A program made the position numbers and the translations under genes. Under the pieces are notes generated by a model. The model saw only the letters and a list, made by a program, of their open reading frames with translations, searched no databases and had not been told where the DNA came from. Positions 54,391-64,000 of a DNA stretch of 64,000 bases are shown one piece after another. The stretch lies in contig CAVUVW010000013.1 of NCBI GenBank assembly GCA_963745035.1, forward strand, positions 352,001 to 416,000. The letters run 5' to 3'. The stretch comes from an uncultured delta proteobacterium. GTDB lineage: Bacteria > Desulfobacterota > Binatia > UBA9968. Numbering within the stretch: the first letter of the stretch is position 1; every line of letters starts with the position of its first letter.

Positions 54391-55341
54391 ATGGCCGCCT
54401 CGGTGACTGCCAGAGTCTTCTATGTAGCTACCTGGATCGGCATCAAAGCGGGGTGCCTGGCGGTGCGGTTTTTGCCGCGCCGGTGGCTGTTTTGGTTCTC
54501 CGATCTGCTGGCAGATATCGGCTTCTATTGTTGCCGAGACTTCCGGACTCGCTCCACAAAAAATCTTGCTGTGGCATTCGGTGAACGAGCGAGCGGCGCT
54601 AGCATCGACGAAATCGCACGCCGTTCGCTGAGAAATTTCTCGCGCAGTTGCATCGAAATAGGCCTGGCTCTGGAAGCGTCCGACGACGAATTGCGCGGCT
54701 TGATGTCGGTGACCGGAAGCGAGCATCTCGAGGCCGCGCTGGCGAAAGGCGCGGGCGTTATGGTCCTCAGCGCTCATCTGGGAAATTTCTTTCTCCTGGG
54801 ATCACGCCTAGCCGTCGATGGCTACAAAATTTCGGTGCTGGTGAATCCGCCAAAGGACAGCCGATTGGCAGAGCTCATGGACCGATATCGATTGCAGATC
54901 GGCCAGAGAACCATTCGTGCGCGGCCCAAGATGAAAGCGCTGGAAGAGCTTCATCAATCCATGCGCCGTAACGAGGTGGCGGTGCTGATCGCCGACGAAT
55001 ACCGCCGGACCAAGGGGATTGCGGTCTCGCTCTTCGGTAGGACGGTAATCGCGCGCCGCGGGCCGGCTACCGTAGCATTGAGAACTGGCGCGGCGATCGT
55101 CCCGGCGTGCATGATTCGCCAGCTCGATGGAACGCTGAAGCTGATCATCGAGCCCGAGTTGGAACTGGATCGCTCGGGCAAGAGCCGGGCGCAAATCGAG
55201 GCGATTATGGTAGGCATTACTCAATGGCTGGAGCGGACCGTGCGTGCTTATCCTGATCAATGGAACTGGATGAACATCCGCTGGTCGACGGCGCGCGAGC
55301 ACGAGACGGCGGCGCAAGAACCGGCGCATCAAGCACTGTAA
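54391..55341 (+). CDS. lysophospholipid/lipid A acyltransferase (LpxL family)
   Basis: G.EHL..A..G.G...SAH.GN; LIAD; V.LFG; GPA..ALRTGA; YPDQWNW..RW. Confidence 0.87.
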   Translation: MAASVTARVFYVATWIGIKAGCLAVRFLPRRWLFWFSDLLADIGFYCCRDFRTRSTKNLAVAFGERASGASIDEIARRSLRNFSRSCIEIGLALEASDDELRGLMSVTGSEHLEAALAKGAGVMVLSAHLGNFFLLGSRLAVDGYKISVLVNPPKDSRLAELMDRYRLQIGQRTIRARPKMKALEELHQSMRRNEVAVLIADEYRRTKGIAVSLFGRTVIARRGPATVALRTGAAIVPACMIRQLDGTLKLIIEPELELDRSGKSRAQIEAIMVGITQWLERTVRAYPDQWNWMNIRWSTAREHETAAQEPAHQAL

Positions 55342-55367
55342 CGATGGAGAGAAAAGGGAGGTTTGAG

Positions 55368-56114
55368 GTGAAGAATGGCAAGAAAGATCTCGATGAATTG
55401 AAAAAAAAGGTCGCCCTGGGCAACCGCATCATGTTTTTCCAGGGTTTGGCCGATTACCACGGTCACGTGAGCGCGCGCATCCCGGGCACGAGAAAGTTTT
55501 TTATCAAGCCGGTGTTGGCGCCACTCGGCGAAATCGCCCCCAAACATATTATTCTCGTCGACATCGACGAATATATGAAGGTTTGCGAGCAGAATTACGC
55601 CAAGGCGGGCAATAAACGCGCGGTTACCAAGATCCCCACGCCGCCGCGCGAAACCATGATTCACGCGGCGATCTACAATGCCAGGCCGGACGTCAACTCG
55701 GTCGTGCACACGCATCAGACCGTCGCGACGGCATTCTCGGTCGCCGGCACGCCGATTCTACCGATCTACAATCAGGCTGCGGTCTTCGCTCCCGAGACGC
55801 CGATCTTTCCCAGTCCCCGGCTGATTTACACGATTCAGGACGGCAAAGAGATCTGCCAAACTTTGGGCGATCGCACGGCGATGCTGCTCAAAGGCCATGG
55901 CATTGTTGTATGCGGCGATAGCTTGGAATATGCTACGGTTCACGCGATCTACCTGGAGCGCACGGCCTATATGCAGTTCATCGCGAGCTGCGTCGGCAAG
56001 CCCGCGATCATGCCGCAGACGGAAATCGACTACATGAAAGAGAACATGATGTACCGTTCCTACGACGCCTTTGCCTATTTCAAATCGCTCTTGCCGAAGA
56101 GCGCGCGCCTGTAG
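55368..56114 (+). CDS. class II aldolase/adducin family protein
   Basis: GHVSAR; E..IH.AIY.ARPDV.SVVHTH; LLKGHG. Confidence 0.9.
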   Translation: MKNGKKDLDELKKKVALGNRIMFFQGLADYHGHVSARIPGTRKFFIKPVLAPLGEIAPKHIILVDIDEYMKVCEQNYAKAGNKRAVTKIPTPPRETMIHAAIYNARPDVNSVVHTHQTVATAFSVAGTPILPIYNQAAVFAPETPIFPSPRLIYTIQDGKEICQTLGDRTAMLLKGHGIVVCGDSLEYATVHAIYLERTAYMQFIASCVGKPAIMPQTEIDYMKENMMYRSYDAFAYFKSLLPKSARL

Positions 56115-56146
56115 AATCGTCAAATCTGCAATCGAAGGAGAAATCC

Positions 56147-57733
56147 ATGGCTAAACGAGAAGAAAAAGCGACCGAATCCAAGGGGCCGATCCAGGATTTG
56201 CGCGAGTGGCTCGACCGCGTCGAAGGACTGGGCGACCTGGTGCGGGTCAAGGAAGCGGTGAGCTGCGAAGAAGAGATGAGCGCCATCGGTTATCTCGTCG
56301 CCAAGCAGAAGCCCTCGCCGGCGATTCTTTTCGACAACATCAAAGGCTTCGAAAAAAGCCCGTACAAGGCGCGCTCGTTGTGGAATATCCTGGGGCCGAG
56401 TATCCCGCGCATCGCTTTGACCATGGAGGAAGCGCCGGACACGCCGACGGTCGAGCTGATCCGCCGCGTCAAAGACAAACTCAAAAATCGCATGGCGCCG
56501 CGCGAGGTGCCGCCGTCCCAGGCCGGCTTTTACCAAAATACTTTGACCGGTGATCAGATCGATCTGACCCAGTTGCCGATCCCGCGCCACTGGCCGTTGG
56601 ACGGCGGCAACTACGCCGGAACGGCGGACTGCGTCATCACCCGTGACCCCGACTCCGGCTATTTGAACGTCGGCACGTATCGGATGATGCTTCAGGGCAA
56701 GCGTGAAACCGGACTCTATTTGTCGCCGGGAAAAGACGCGCGCCTGCATATTACCCGCTCATGGCAGCAAGGAAAGCCGGTGGAAGTGGCCGCCGCCTGG
56801 GGCATTGATCCGTTGTTCATGGTGGTCGGCTCGCAGACTTTTCCGAAGAACGTTTCGGAGTATGAGTTCCTCGGCGGTATCAAGGGCGAGCCGATTCCCG
56901 TGGTCAAGGGCAAGACGACAAATCTATTGCTGCCGGCCAACGCGGAGTTCATGGTCGAAGGCATCATCAAGCCGAACTCGGTGAAGAGTGAAGGCCCATT
57001 CGGCGAATTTCCCGGCTACTATGGCCGGCCCGAGGCTGGCTGCCCGCTGGTCGAAATTACCGCAGTGCATTACCGCACGAATCCCATTTTGACCAATGCC
57101 CTGATGGCGGATTATCCGTCCAACGAGCAAAGCGGCTTTTTCTCGATTATCCGCTCGGCGCGCATCTGGGACGATCTGGAAAAACTCGGCATACCGGGCA
57201 TTCAGGGAGTGTATGCCCATCCCGCCGGCGCGGGCGGCTTCGGCATGACCGTGATCGCTCTCGAGCAGCGCTATGCCGGACATGCGGCGCAATCCTTGGC
57301 TTTGGCGGCTCAAGTCCCCGGCGGCGCTTACTACACGAAATGGATCATCGCCGTCGACGAAGACATCGATCCGACCGACATGGACCAAGTCATCTGGGCG
57401 ATGAGCAGCCGCTGCAATCCAATCGACGATATCGATATCTTGAGAAATACCTGGAGCACATGGCTCGACCCCACGCAGAACCCACCCGAGAAGCGGCCCT
57501 ACGGCTCCAAAGCGCTGATCAACGCGTGCAAGGAGCATCGTTACCTACCGGTCTTCTCAAAGCGTACCGCGCTGCGACGGGAAATGTACGACCAGGTTGC
57601 CGCCCAATGGAAAAGGCTCGGGCTCCCTGGTCAAGTACCGTCGGTGCGAGCTTTCGAAGAGGAAAAGAAGGTTGTCTACCACGAGGTCGGCGGCTTTGAA
57701 CCGGGAAAACAGCCGGGCGAAGAGAAAAAATAA
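56147..57733 (+). CDS. UbiD family decarboxylase
   Basis: DLREWL; DGG.Y.GT; NVGTYR; EGPFGEFPGYY; VDEDID. Confidence 0.93.
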   Translation: MAKREEKATESKGPIQDLREWLDRVEGLGDLVRVKEAVSCEEEMSAIGYLVAKQKPSPAILFDNIKGFEKSPYKARSLWNILGPSIPRIALTMEEAPDTPTVELIRRVKDKLKNRMAPREVPPSQAGFYQNTLTGDQIDLTQLPIPRHWPLDGGNYAGTADCVITRDPDSGYLNVGTYRMMLQGKRETGLYLSPGKDARLHITRSWQQGKPVEVAAAWGIDPLFMVVGSQTFPKNVSEYEFLGGIKGEPIPVVKGKTTNLLLPANAEFMVEGIIKPNSVKSEGPFGEFPGYYGRPEAGCPLVEITAVHYRTNPILTNALMADYPSNEQSGFFSIIRSARIWDDLEKLGIPGIQGVYAHPAGAGGFGMTVIALEQRYAGHAAQSLALAAQVPGGAYYTKWIIAVDEDIDPTDMDQVIWAMSSRCNPIDDIDILRNTWSTWLDPTQNPPEKRPYGSKALINACKEHRYLPVFSKRTALRREMYDQVAAQWKRLGLPGQVPSVRAFEEEKKVVYHEVGGFEPGKQPGEEKK

Positions 57734-57874
57734 TCCTTTGCACTCAGGGGCGGCGCTTAGCATCGCGCCCCTGAAGACCGCTTTATCATCTAGCCGATCC
57801 GCGATACACGCCTTAAACCGGTCGCCCGGCGCGCTCGGCATTAAATCATCTCTGACGGAAGAGTTTTAATCCGC

Positions 57875-57937
57875 AAAATACGGCAAGACCTCAGCGGCTT
57901 GTAATCCAAGCCTCCTGAGGTCTTGCCGGTGTATTTG
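57875..57937 (-). terminator. long hairpin downstream of the PII gene (probable terminator)
   Basis: CGGCAAGACCTCAG..GGCTT..AAGCC..CTGAGGTCTTGCCG with AAATA/TATTT flanks. Confidence 0.7.
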
Positions 57938-57958
57938 TTAAATCTGAAGGGTAGGCAG

Positions 57959-58312
<354 letters not shown>

Positions 58313-58370
58313 TTAAGCGATGTGGGGCGTGGTCGCTCCGCTGAGCGGCCATCAACAACCAGTTACTTCA

Positions 58371-59783
58371 TCAGATATCGAAATACAGAGCGAACTCCCA
58401 GGGATGGGGTCGAAGCCGGATGGCATCGACCTCATGTTTTCTCTTGTACTCGAGCCAGGTCTCGATCACGTCTTTGGTAAACACATCTCCTTTGAGCAAA
58501 AAGTCATGATCCTTCTCCAATGCATCTAAGGCCTGGTCCAAAGACCCCGGCATCGATTTCACCTTGGCGGCTTCCTCCGGCTCCAACTCGTATAAGTTCT
58601 TGTCGATCGGCTTGGGCGGCTCGATCTTGTTCCGTATTCCGTCGATCCCCGCCATCAGCATGGCGGGAAAGGCAAAGTACGGATTGCAGCTCGGGTCGGG
58701 GGTCCTGAACTCTAACCGCTTGGCCTTCTCGCTGGTGGAGTACATCGGTATCCTGACACAGGCGCTGCGGTTTCGTGCCGAATAAACCAGGTTGATCGGC
58801 GCTTCGTAGCCGGGAACCAGTCTCCGGTATGAATTGGTCGTGGGCGCGATAAAGCCGCACAGCGCATGGGCGTGTTTGATCAATCCGCCGATGTAGTATC
58901 TCGCCGTGTCGCTGATGAGCCCGTAGCCCTTCTTATCATAAAAAAGATTCTTCCCGCCTTTCCATAGACTCTGATGGCAGTGCATGCCGGAGCCGTTGTC
59001 TTGAAACAGTGGCTTGGGCATGACCGTGACGACCTTGCCTCTTTTCCTGGCGGTGTTCTTGACGACGTACTTATAGAGCAAAACCTTGTCGGCCATCTTG
59101 GTCATGGTGTCGAAGCGCATGTCGATCTCGGTCTGGCCGGCGGTGGCGACTTCGTGATGGTGCACCTCGACGGTGATGCCGCATTTCTGTAAATTTAACA
59201 CCATCTCGGATCTTAGATCCTGGTACTGATCGCTGGGGGAGACCGGGAAATAGCCTTCTTTGTAGCGGATCTTGTTGCCTAGGTTAGGCCCTTCTTTGCC
59301 GGAGTTCCAAAACCCTTCTTCGGAGTCGATATGATAGTACCCTTCGTGGTGGTTCTGGTCGAACCGGATACTGTCGAAAATAAAAAACTCGATCTCGGGG
59401 CCCCAGTAACTGATATCGGCCATGCCGCTCGATTTCAGATACTTCTCGGCTTTCTGGGTGACGTAGCGCGGGTCGCGGCTGTAGGGCTCGCGGGTGATGG
59501 CGTCCAAAACATTACAGATAAAGCTGATCGTGGAATGCTCGGTGAACGGATCCATCATCGCCGTCTCCGCGTCCGGCAACAAAATCATGTCGGATTCGTT
59601 GATCGACTGAAACCCTCGGATGCTCGATCCGTCGAATCCCAACCCTTGCTCGAATACCTCGGCCGATAGTTCCGTTGCCGGAATGGAAAAATGCTGCCAC
59701 AACCCGGGCACGTCAATAAACTTCAAATCCACAATCTCCGCTTTATTTTTCTTCGCCATCTCTAAGGCGTCTTTCACGGACAT
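58371..59783 (-). CDS. glnA: glutamine synthetase type I
   Basis: FDGSSI; HHEVATAGQ; MPKP..DNGSGMH; PGYEAP; adenylylation loop NLYEL. Confidence 0.98.
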   Translation of the reverse strand: MSVKDALEMAKKNKAEIVDLKFIDVPGLWQHFSIPATELSAEVFEQGLGFDGSSIRGFQSINESDMILLPDAETAMMDPFTEHSTISFICNVLDAITREPYSRDPRYVTQKAEKYLKSSGMADISYWGPEIEFFIFDSIRFDQNHHEGYYHIDSEEGFWNSGKEGPNLGNKIRYKEGYFPVSPSDQYQDLRSEMVLNLQKCGITVEVHHHEVATAGQTEIDMRFDTMTKMADKVLLYKYVVKNTARKRGKVVTVMPKPLFQDNGSGMHCHQSLWKGGKNLFYDKKGYGLISDTARYYIGGLIKHAHALCGFIAPTTNSYRRLVPGYEAPINLVYSARNRSACVRIPMYSTSEKAKRLEFRTPDPSCNPYFAFPAMLMAGIDGIRNKIEPPKPIDKNLYELEPEEAAKVKSMPGSLDQALDALEKDHDFLLKGDVFTKDVIETWLEYKRKHEVDAIRLRPHPWEFALYFDI

Positions 59784-59865
59784 TACTTTGCTCTCCTCTC
59801 CCTTACTGGTTGTTAAATTCTACGCCGCAAAATTGGTTATCACATTCTAAATTGCAGAGCCACTC

Positions 59866-61266
59866 TTATTCGTAGGCCCGCTCGTTATGCTGGCTCAAAT
59901 CCAAGCCCATGCGCTCGTCGTCAAGAGCCACGCGCAGCCCCATGATGGCCTTCACGATTGAAAGCAAGATATAGGTCCCCACAATAGCTAAAACCAGGGT
60001 GGCAACTACCGAGACGAACTGAACCCAAAGCTGTCCCGGGTTGCCGAAGAACAGGCCGTCGTTTCCAGCAGCATTGATCGCCTTTGACGCGAAGAGCCCG
60101 GTCGCAAGCGCTCCCCAGGTGCCGCCGACCCCGTGCACACCCACAACGTCGAGGGAGTCGTCATATCCGAGTTTCGGCTTCAAGCTACAAGCCATCGAGC
60201 AGAGAACACCGCCGACGATGCCGATAATGATCGCCGAGCCGGGGCCGACGAACCCCGCTCCAGGAGTGATCGCAACCAGCCCGGCTACGGCGCCGCTGGC
60301 AGCCCCCAGAACCGTCGGTTTATCGCGGACGATCCAATCCATAGCGAGCCAGGAAAGCGCTGCAGCAGCTGCAGCGAGGTGAGTCGCGACAAAGGCCGAA
60401 GTTGCCAAGCCGTCGGCGGCCAGCGCGCTACCGGCATTAAAGCCAAACCAGCCTACCCACAGTAAGCCGGCGCCAATGACGCTGAACGGAAGATTATGGG
60501 GCGGCATGGCTTCTTGGCCATAGCCGATGCGCTTGCCGCACATGACAGCGGCCACTAATGCAGAAGCGCCGGAGCTGATGTGCACCACCGTGCCGCCGGC
60601 GAAATCCAGCGCGCCCATCTCACGCATCCATCCTTTGACGCCCCAAACCCAATGCGCCAAGGGATCGTAAATAAAGGTCGCCCAGAGCAGGATGAAGACG
60701 AGAAAGGAGCTGAATTTGATGCGCTCGGCGAATGCGCCGGTGATCAATGCCGGGGTAATGATCGCGAACATCATTTGAAAGATCATGAACGCGCCGTGCG
60801 GAATCGTCGCGGCATAATCGGCGTTCGGTTCGGCACCGACGCCCTTCAAACCGAGCCAACTAAAATCGCCGATGATACCGCCCACATCCACGCCAAAGGC
60901 CAGGGTATAGCCCCAGAGCGCCCACTGAATGCTGATGAGACCGACGATGATGAAGCTGTGCATGATGGTGCCGAGCACGTTCTTGCGCCGGACCAACCCG
61001 CCATAGAAGAGAAAAAGCCCGGGAATGGTCATCATCAAAACCAAAGCGGAAGAGGTGAGGATCCACGCGGTATCGCCTTTGTCGATCTTCGGCGGCGTAG
61101 CGGGGGCAGCCGGCGCCGGCGTGGGAGCATCGCTCGGCGCCACCACCGCCGGAGCAGGAACCCCTCCTTGAGGGGTTTCCTGGGCCAACGTAATACGCGG
61201 CGCGAACAACCCAACCAGAAACAAAAGGCATAGGAGCACAGTCCAGCTTCTTTGGCGTGCAGTCAC
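59866..61266 (-). CDS. amtB: ammonium transporter
   Basis: FQMMFAIITPAL; DFAGGTVVH; WFGFNAGS; DDSLDV.GVHG. Confidence 0.96.
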   Translation of the reverse strand: MTARQRSWTVLLCLLFLVGLFAPRITLAQETPQGGVPAPAVVAPSDAPTPAPAAPATPPKIDKGDTAWILTSSALVLMMTIPGLFLFYGGLVRRKNVLGTIMHSFIIVGLISIQWALWGYTLAFGVDVGGIIGDFSWLGLKGVGAEPNADYAATIPHGAFMIFQMMFAIITPALITGAFAERIKFSSFLVFILLWATFIYDPLAHWVWGVKGWMREMGALDFAGGTVVHISSGASALVAAVMCGKRIGYGQEAMPPHNLPFSVIGAGLLWVGWFGFNAGSALAADGLATSAFVATHLAAAAAALSWLAMDWIVRDKPTVLGAASGAVAGLVAITPGAGFVGPGSAIIIGIVGGVLCSMACSLKPKLGYDDSLDVVGVHGVGGTWGALATGLFASKAINAAGNDGLFFGNPGQLWVQFVSVVATLVLAIVGTYILLSIVKAIMGLRVALDDERMGLDLSQHNERAYE

Positions 61267-61337
61267 GAGCCGATCCTCCTCAAATCTTTGGAGTAAATGA
61301 GCAATGCTCAGCTAACGGCGCAGTCTGGGATTATTTG

Positions 61338-61353
61338 AGCAACCGTTATGCCA
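61338..61353 (-). promoter_or_regulatory. sigma54 promoter of amt-glnA-PII
   Basis: minus strand TGGCATAACGGTTGCT; IHF-like TATCAGTGGTTTA at about 61381. Confidence 0.85.
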
Positions 61354-61425
61354 TCTGCCGCTCGGGAAATATTCACGCATTATCAGTGGTTTAATTAGCG
61401 ATGGCCGGCGCGATGCGCATGTCTA

Positions 61426-61461
61426 TGCATAATAAATAAGCAAGCGCCTAAATATAGTGCA
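61426..61461. promoter_or_regulatory. two tandem NtrC-like binding sites
   Basis: TGCATAATAAATAAGCA and CGCCTAAATATAGTGCA versus the consensus TGCAC-N7-GTGCA. Confidence 0.7.
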
Positions 61462-61555
61462 GATGATTCGGCGCTCGAGTCGCTCGCGAATGGGCGAATG
61501 GTAGTCGCTCTAGGATGAATGGTGGTCTTTTAAGTCAGGAATAGCTGAGCAAACA

Positions 61556-62494
61556 TCAGACAGCTGGCGCTACTTCGGGAGGCAGCGCGAAATGGATATT
61601 TTCTTCGATAAACCCCAAGTGGCCGATCTCGGCGCCCATCTGTTTGAAATATTCCGCTGTTTCCTCCACCAAGTGCTCCGGCACCGACGCTCCAGAGGTG
61701 ATGCCGACGCGCTTCACTCGGCGCAGCCACTCCGGTTCGATCGATCGATGATCGTCGATCAGATAAGCGCTCTTGCCCTGGGCTCGGGCGACATTACAAA
61801 GCTGGTTTGAATTCTCGCTATTGCGCGAGCCGATGACGAGCACCAGATCGACCTCCTTACTGAGTTGCTTCACGGCATCCTGCCGATTTTGGGTGGCGTA
61901 GCAGATATCCTCTTTGGCCGCGGTGATGAGCCTGGGAAATCGCTCTTTCAAAATCTCGATGATTTCACGGGTATCATCAACGCTGAGCGTGGTTTGGGTC
62001 AACGCGACGACCTTTTCCGGATTCTGCACTTGAACGGCGCGCGCATCGTCAGCGTTGCCGACGATGCGAATGCGTGCCGGCGCTTCGCCGCTCGTGCCGA
62101 CGATCTCATCGTGTTTCTCGTGACCGACAAGGATTATCCAGTAACCCTGTGTTGCGAACTTGCGCACCTCGCGATGAACTTTTTCCACCAACGGGCAGGT
62201 CGCGTCGATAATGAGCTGGAGATGCTTTTCCTTGGCTTGGTGCCAAATATCCGGCGCGACGCCATGGGCGCTGAATATCAGGCGCGCGCCGGCGGGCACT
62301 TCCGCGATCGATTGCACGAAGCGGACACCGCGCCTGGAGAAATCGGCGACGACATGCTGGTTATGCACGATTTCATGAAACACGTAGATCGGCGCGCCGT
62401 GGCGCTTGAGCGCGCGCTCGACGGTTTCGATCGCCATCTCGACTCCGGCGCAAAAACCGCGGGGCTTGGCCAGTATGACTTTCTCGATGGGCAT
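61556..62494 (-). CDS. ispH: 4-hydroxy-3-methylbut-2-enyl diphosphate reductase
   Basis: PRGFCAGV; IVHN; SAHG; DATCPLV; TQTT; DICYATQNRQ. Confidence 0.96.
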   Translation of the reverse strand: MPIEKVILAKPRGFCAGVEMAIETVERALKRHGAPIYVFHEIVHNQHVVADFSRRGVRFVQSIAEVPAGARLIFSAHGVAPDIWHQAKEKHLQLIIDATCPLVEKVHREVRKFATQGYWIILVGHEKHDEIVGTSGEAPARIRIVGNADDARAVQVQNPEKVVALTQTTLSVDDTREIIEILKERFPRLITAAKEDICYATQNRQDAVKQLSKEVDLVLVIGSRNSENSNQLCNVARAQGKSAYLIDDHRSIEPEWLRRVKRVGITSGASVPEHLVEETAEYFKQMGAEIGHLGFIEENIHFALPPEVAPAV

Positions 62495-62546
62495 AATCAC
62501 CTGCAAGTCTGGAGGAAACGTCAAACCGTGTCAAATCGCGAGACGC

Positions 62547-63634
62547 CTACTTGGCGCCGTGGTCAAGCAGTCCCAGAAGGTCTTGCGCCGCTTTCTGCGC
62601 GCCGTCGAGTTCGGTGGCTTGCCAATTCCGCTCCTTCTCGAGCAGGCGCCCGAGATACGGTCGCAGGTTGCCGGATCGCAGCGCCTCCTGAGGAATGAAT
62701 TCTGCGGTCGCGAGATCGTTCAACGCTCGCACGAGAAAAGGATATTCCGGAAACTCGCCTCGCTCCGTGTAGAGAATCGGCACATGATGCGCGAGCACAT
62801 CGGCGACAATGCCGTATCCTGGTTTGGTGACGACGACATCGACAGCGCGCAGCAGATCTTCATAGCGCCGCTGCGGGCCCTCTAAGATATGAAAGTTGTC
62901 CTCCGAGACCGGCCCGCGCCGGTTGCCACGAAATGGAACTCGGTCATTTCATGCAGCCGTTTTAGGGGCAACGCATCGAGGCCGATGCCGCCGAAACTCA
63001 GAAGCACGAGCGTACCGGTGCGCGGCAAGCCGAACGCCGCCCGTGCTTGAGACTGCGTCAGGGACGAGCGTCGCGCGATCCAAGGAATCGGTTGGCGACG
63101 GGGAAACATGCTCATGTCGCACGGATAGGGAAGAGTGAGCGCCGTCGTCGCCTTGCCGTAAAATTGCGTCATCTTTTCGATGAGCGGAATGAATTCCGGA
63201 TATGCGCCGGCGTAGGCGCGATAGATCACATCCCAGGTAAAGTTGGTGATCGCCGCTGCCGGAATCTTTGCTCGCGCCGCGATCTCGAAGCAAGCCGGCG
63301 GTATATCACCGACGATCAAGTCGATTTTTTGTGCTTGGACGAAGTCGATTTCCTGCTCTATCAAGAGCGGCAGGCGATGATGAAGATCTCGGCACGCTGC
63401 CAGCGTCGCCGCCAGATCCATGCGCAAACTGTCCGGCTGAATTACCCCGACGTCGGTCGACTGGCAAGTAAACAGGACGGGCCTCGGCAGATTGGAAAAA
63501 AGCCAATCCGGAGCGGAGGTCCGGACATGAATTCGGATATCCGGCGACGCTTCTTGCAGCGCGCGTATCACCTGATGGGAGCGAACCGCGTGGCCATAGC
63601 CATGCCCGCTAATATAGTAGAGAATTGATCTCAA
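62547..63634 (-). CDS. GT-B-fold protein resembling the L-arabinokinase N-terminal domain (frameshifts at about 62880-62910)
   Basis: YYISGHGYGHAVR; D.G..Q.D; NF.WD.IY; LLSFGG; KPGYGIV..C; R..FPE. Confidence 0.75.
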
Positions 63635-63722
63635 AGCGGCTTTGATTGTATGAAGACTAGGAAAGTACGCTAGAGAGCGCGCCGGCGAATGTCAACAATC
63701 CGCGGCGCAGAGGAGAAAAACA

Positions 63723-63926
63723 ATGACCGGAACGATCAAAAAAATTGTCCGCCAAAAAGGCTTCGGTTTCATCAAGCCCGATGACGGCAGCGAGGACGTT
63801 TTCTTCCATCGCGGTAGCCTTGCGCCGCGCAATCAGATTGAGGACTTGAACGAGGGCGACACAGTACAGTTTCAGGTGCGAAAAGGGGATAAGGGTCCGG
63901 TCGCCCTGGACTTGAAGATGCGCTAA
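63723..63926 (+). CDS. cold-shock domain protein
   Basis: GAGGAG RBS; KGFGFI; DVFFH; G.KGP.A. Confidence 0.93.
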   Translation: MTGTIKKIVRQKGFGFIKPDDGSEDVFFHRGSLAPRNQIEDLNEGDTVQFQVRKGDKGPVALDLKMR

Positions 63927-64000
63927 TCTTTTCACGTCGTGTGCCGCGGTCGTTTTCTGTCGCCTTGAGAAGCCGGCTTTTCAGTGCTGCTTCATCCTCG

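Overview
High-GC bacterial chromosomal window. By gene content and repeat style it is most likely Candidatus Binatia or a related deltaproteobacterium (inference), from a long-read assembly with many single-base insertion frameshifts between about 24 and 47 kb. Positions 1-9.2 kb are a mosaic accessory region: OmpA, a PLD/cardiolipin-synthase-like gene, AraC, a USP-like/ferritin fusion, small ORFs, gene remnants, a duplicated upstream element and a hairpin flanked by hammerhead-like core motifs. The rest holds clpS-clpA-STE24 peptidase, a CBS protein with 2-oxoacid oxidoreductase alpha/beta, moaA and a MoeA-like gene, a hemolysin/CorC protein and chrA. A histidine kinase and sigma54 activator pair is followed by two sigma54 promoters that share a tandem enhancer-like motif. 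Catabolic genes include amidohydrolases, isochorismatases and two UbiD decarboxylases, plus an operon of beta-hydroxyacid dehydrogenase, E1a/E1b, an M24 hydrolase, E2 and a TAXI-TRAP transporter with repeat elements at several junctions. The window ends with ileS-lspA, amt-glnA-PII under a sigma54/NtrC promoter, ispH and a cold-shock gene. I saw no tRNA, rRNA, CRISPR array or intact transposase. All calls come from reading motifs by eye; no searches were run.
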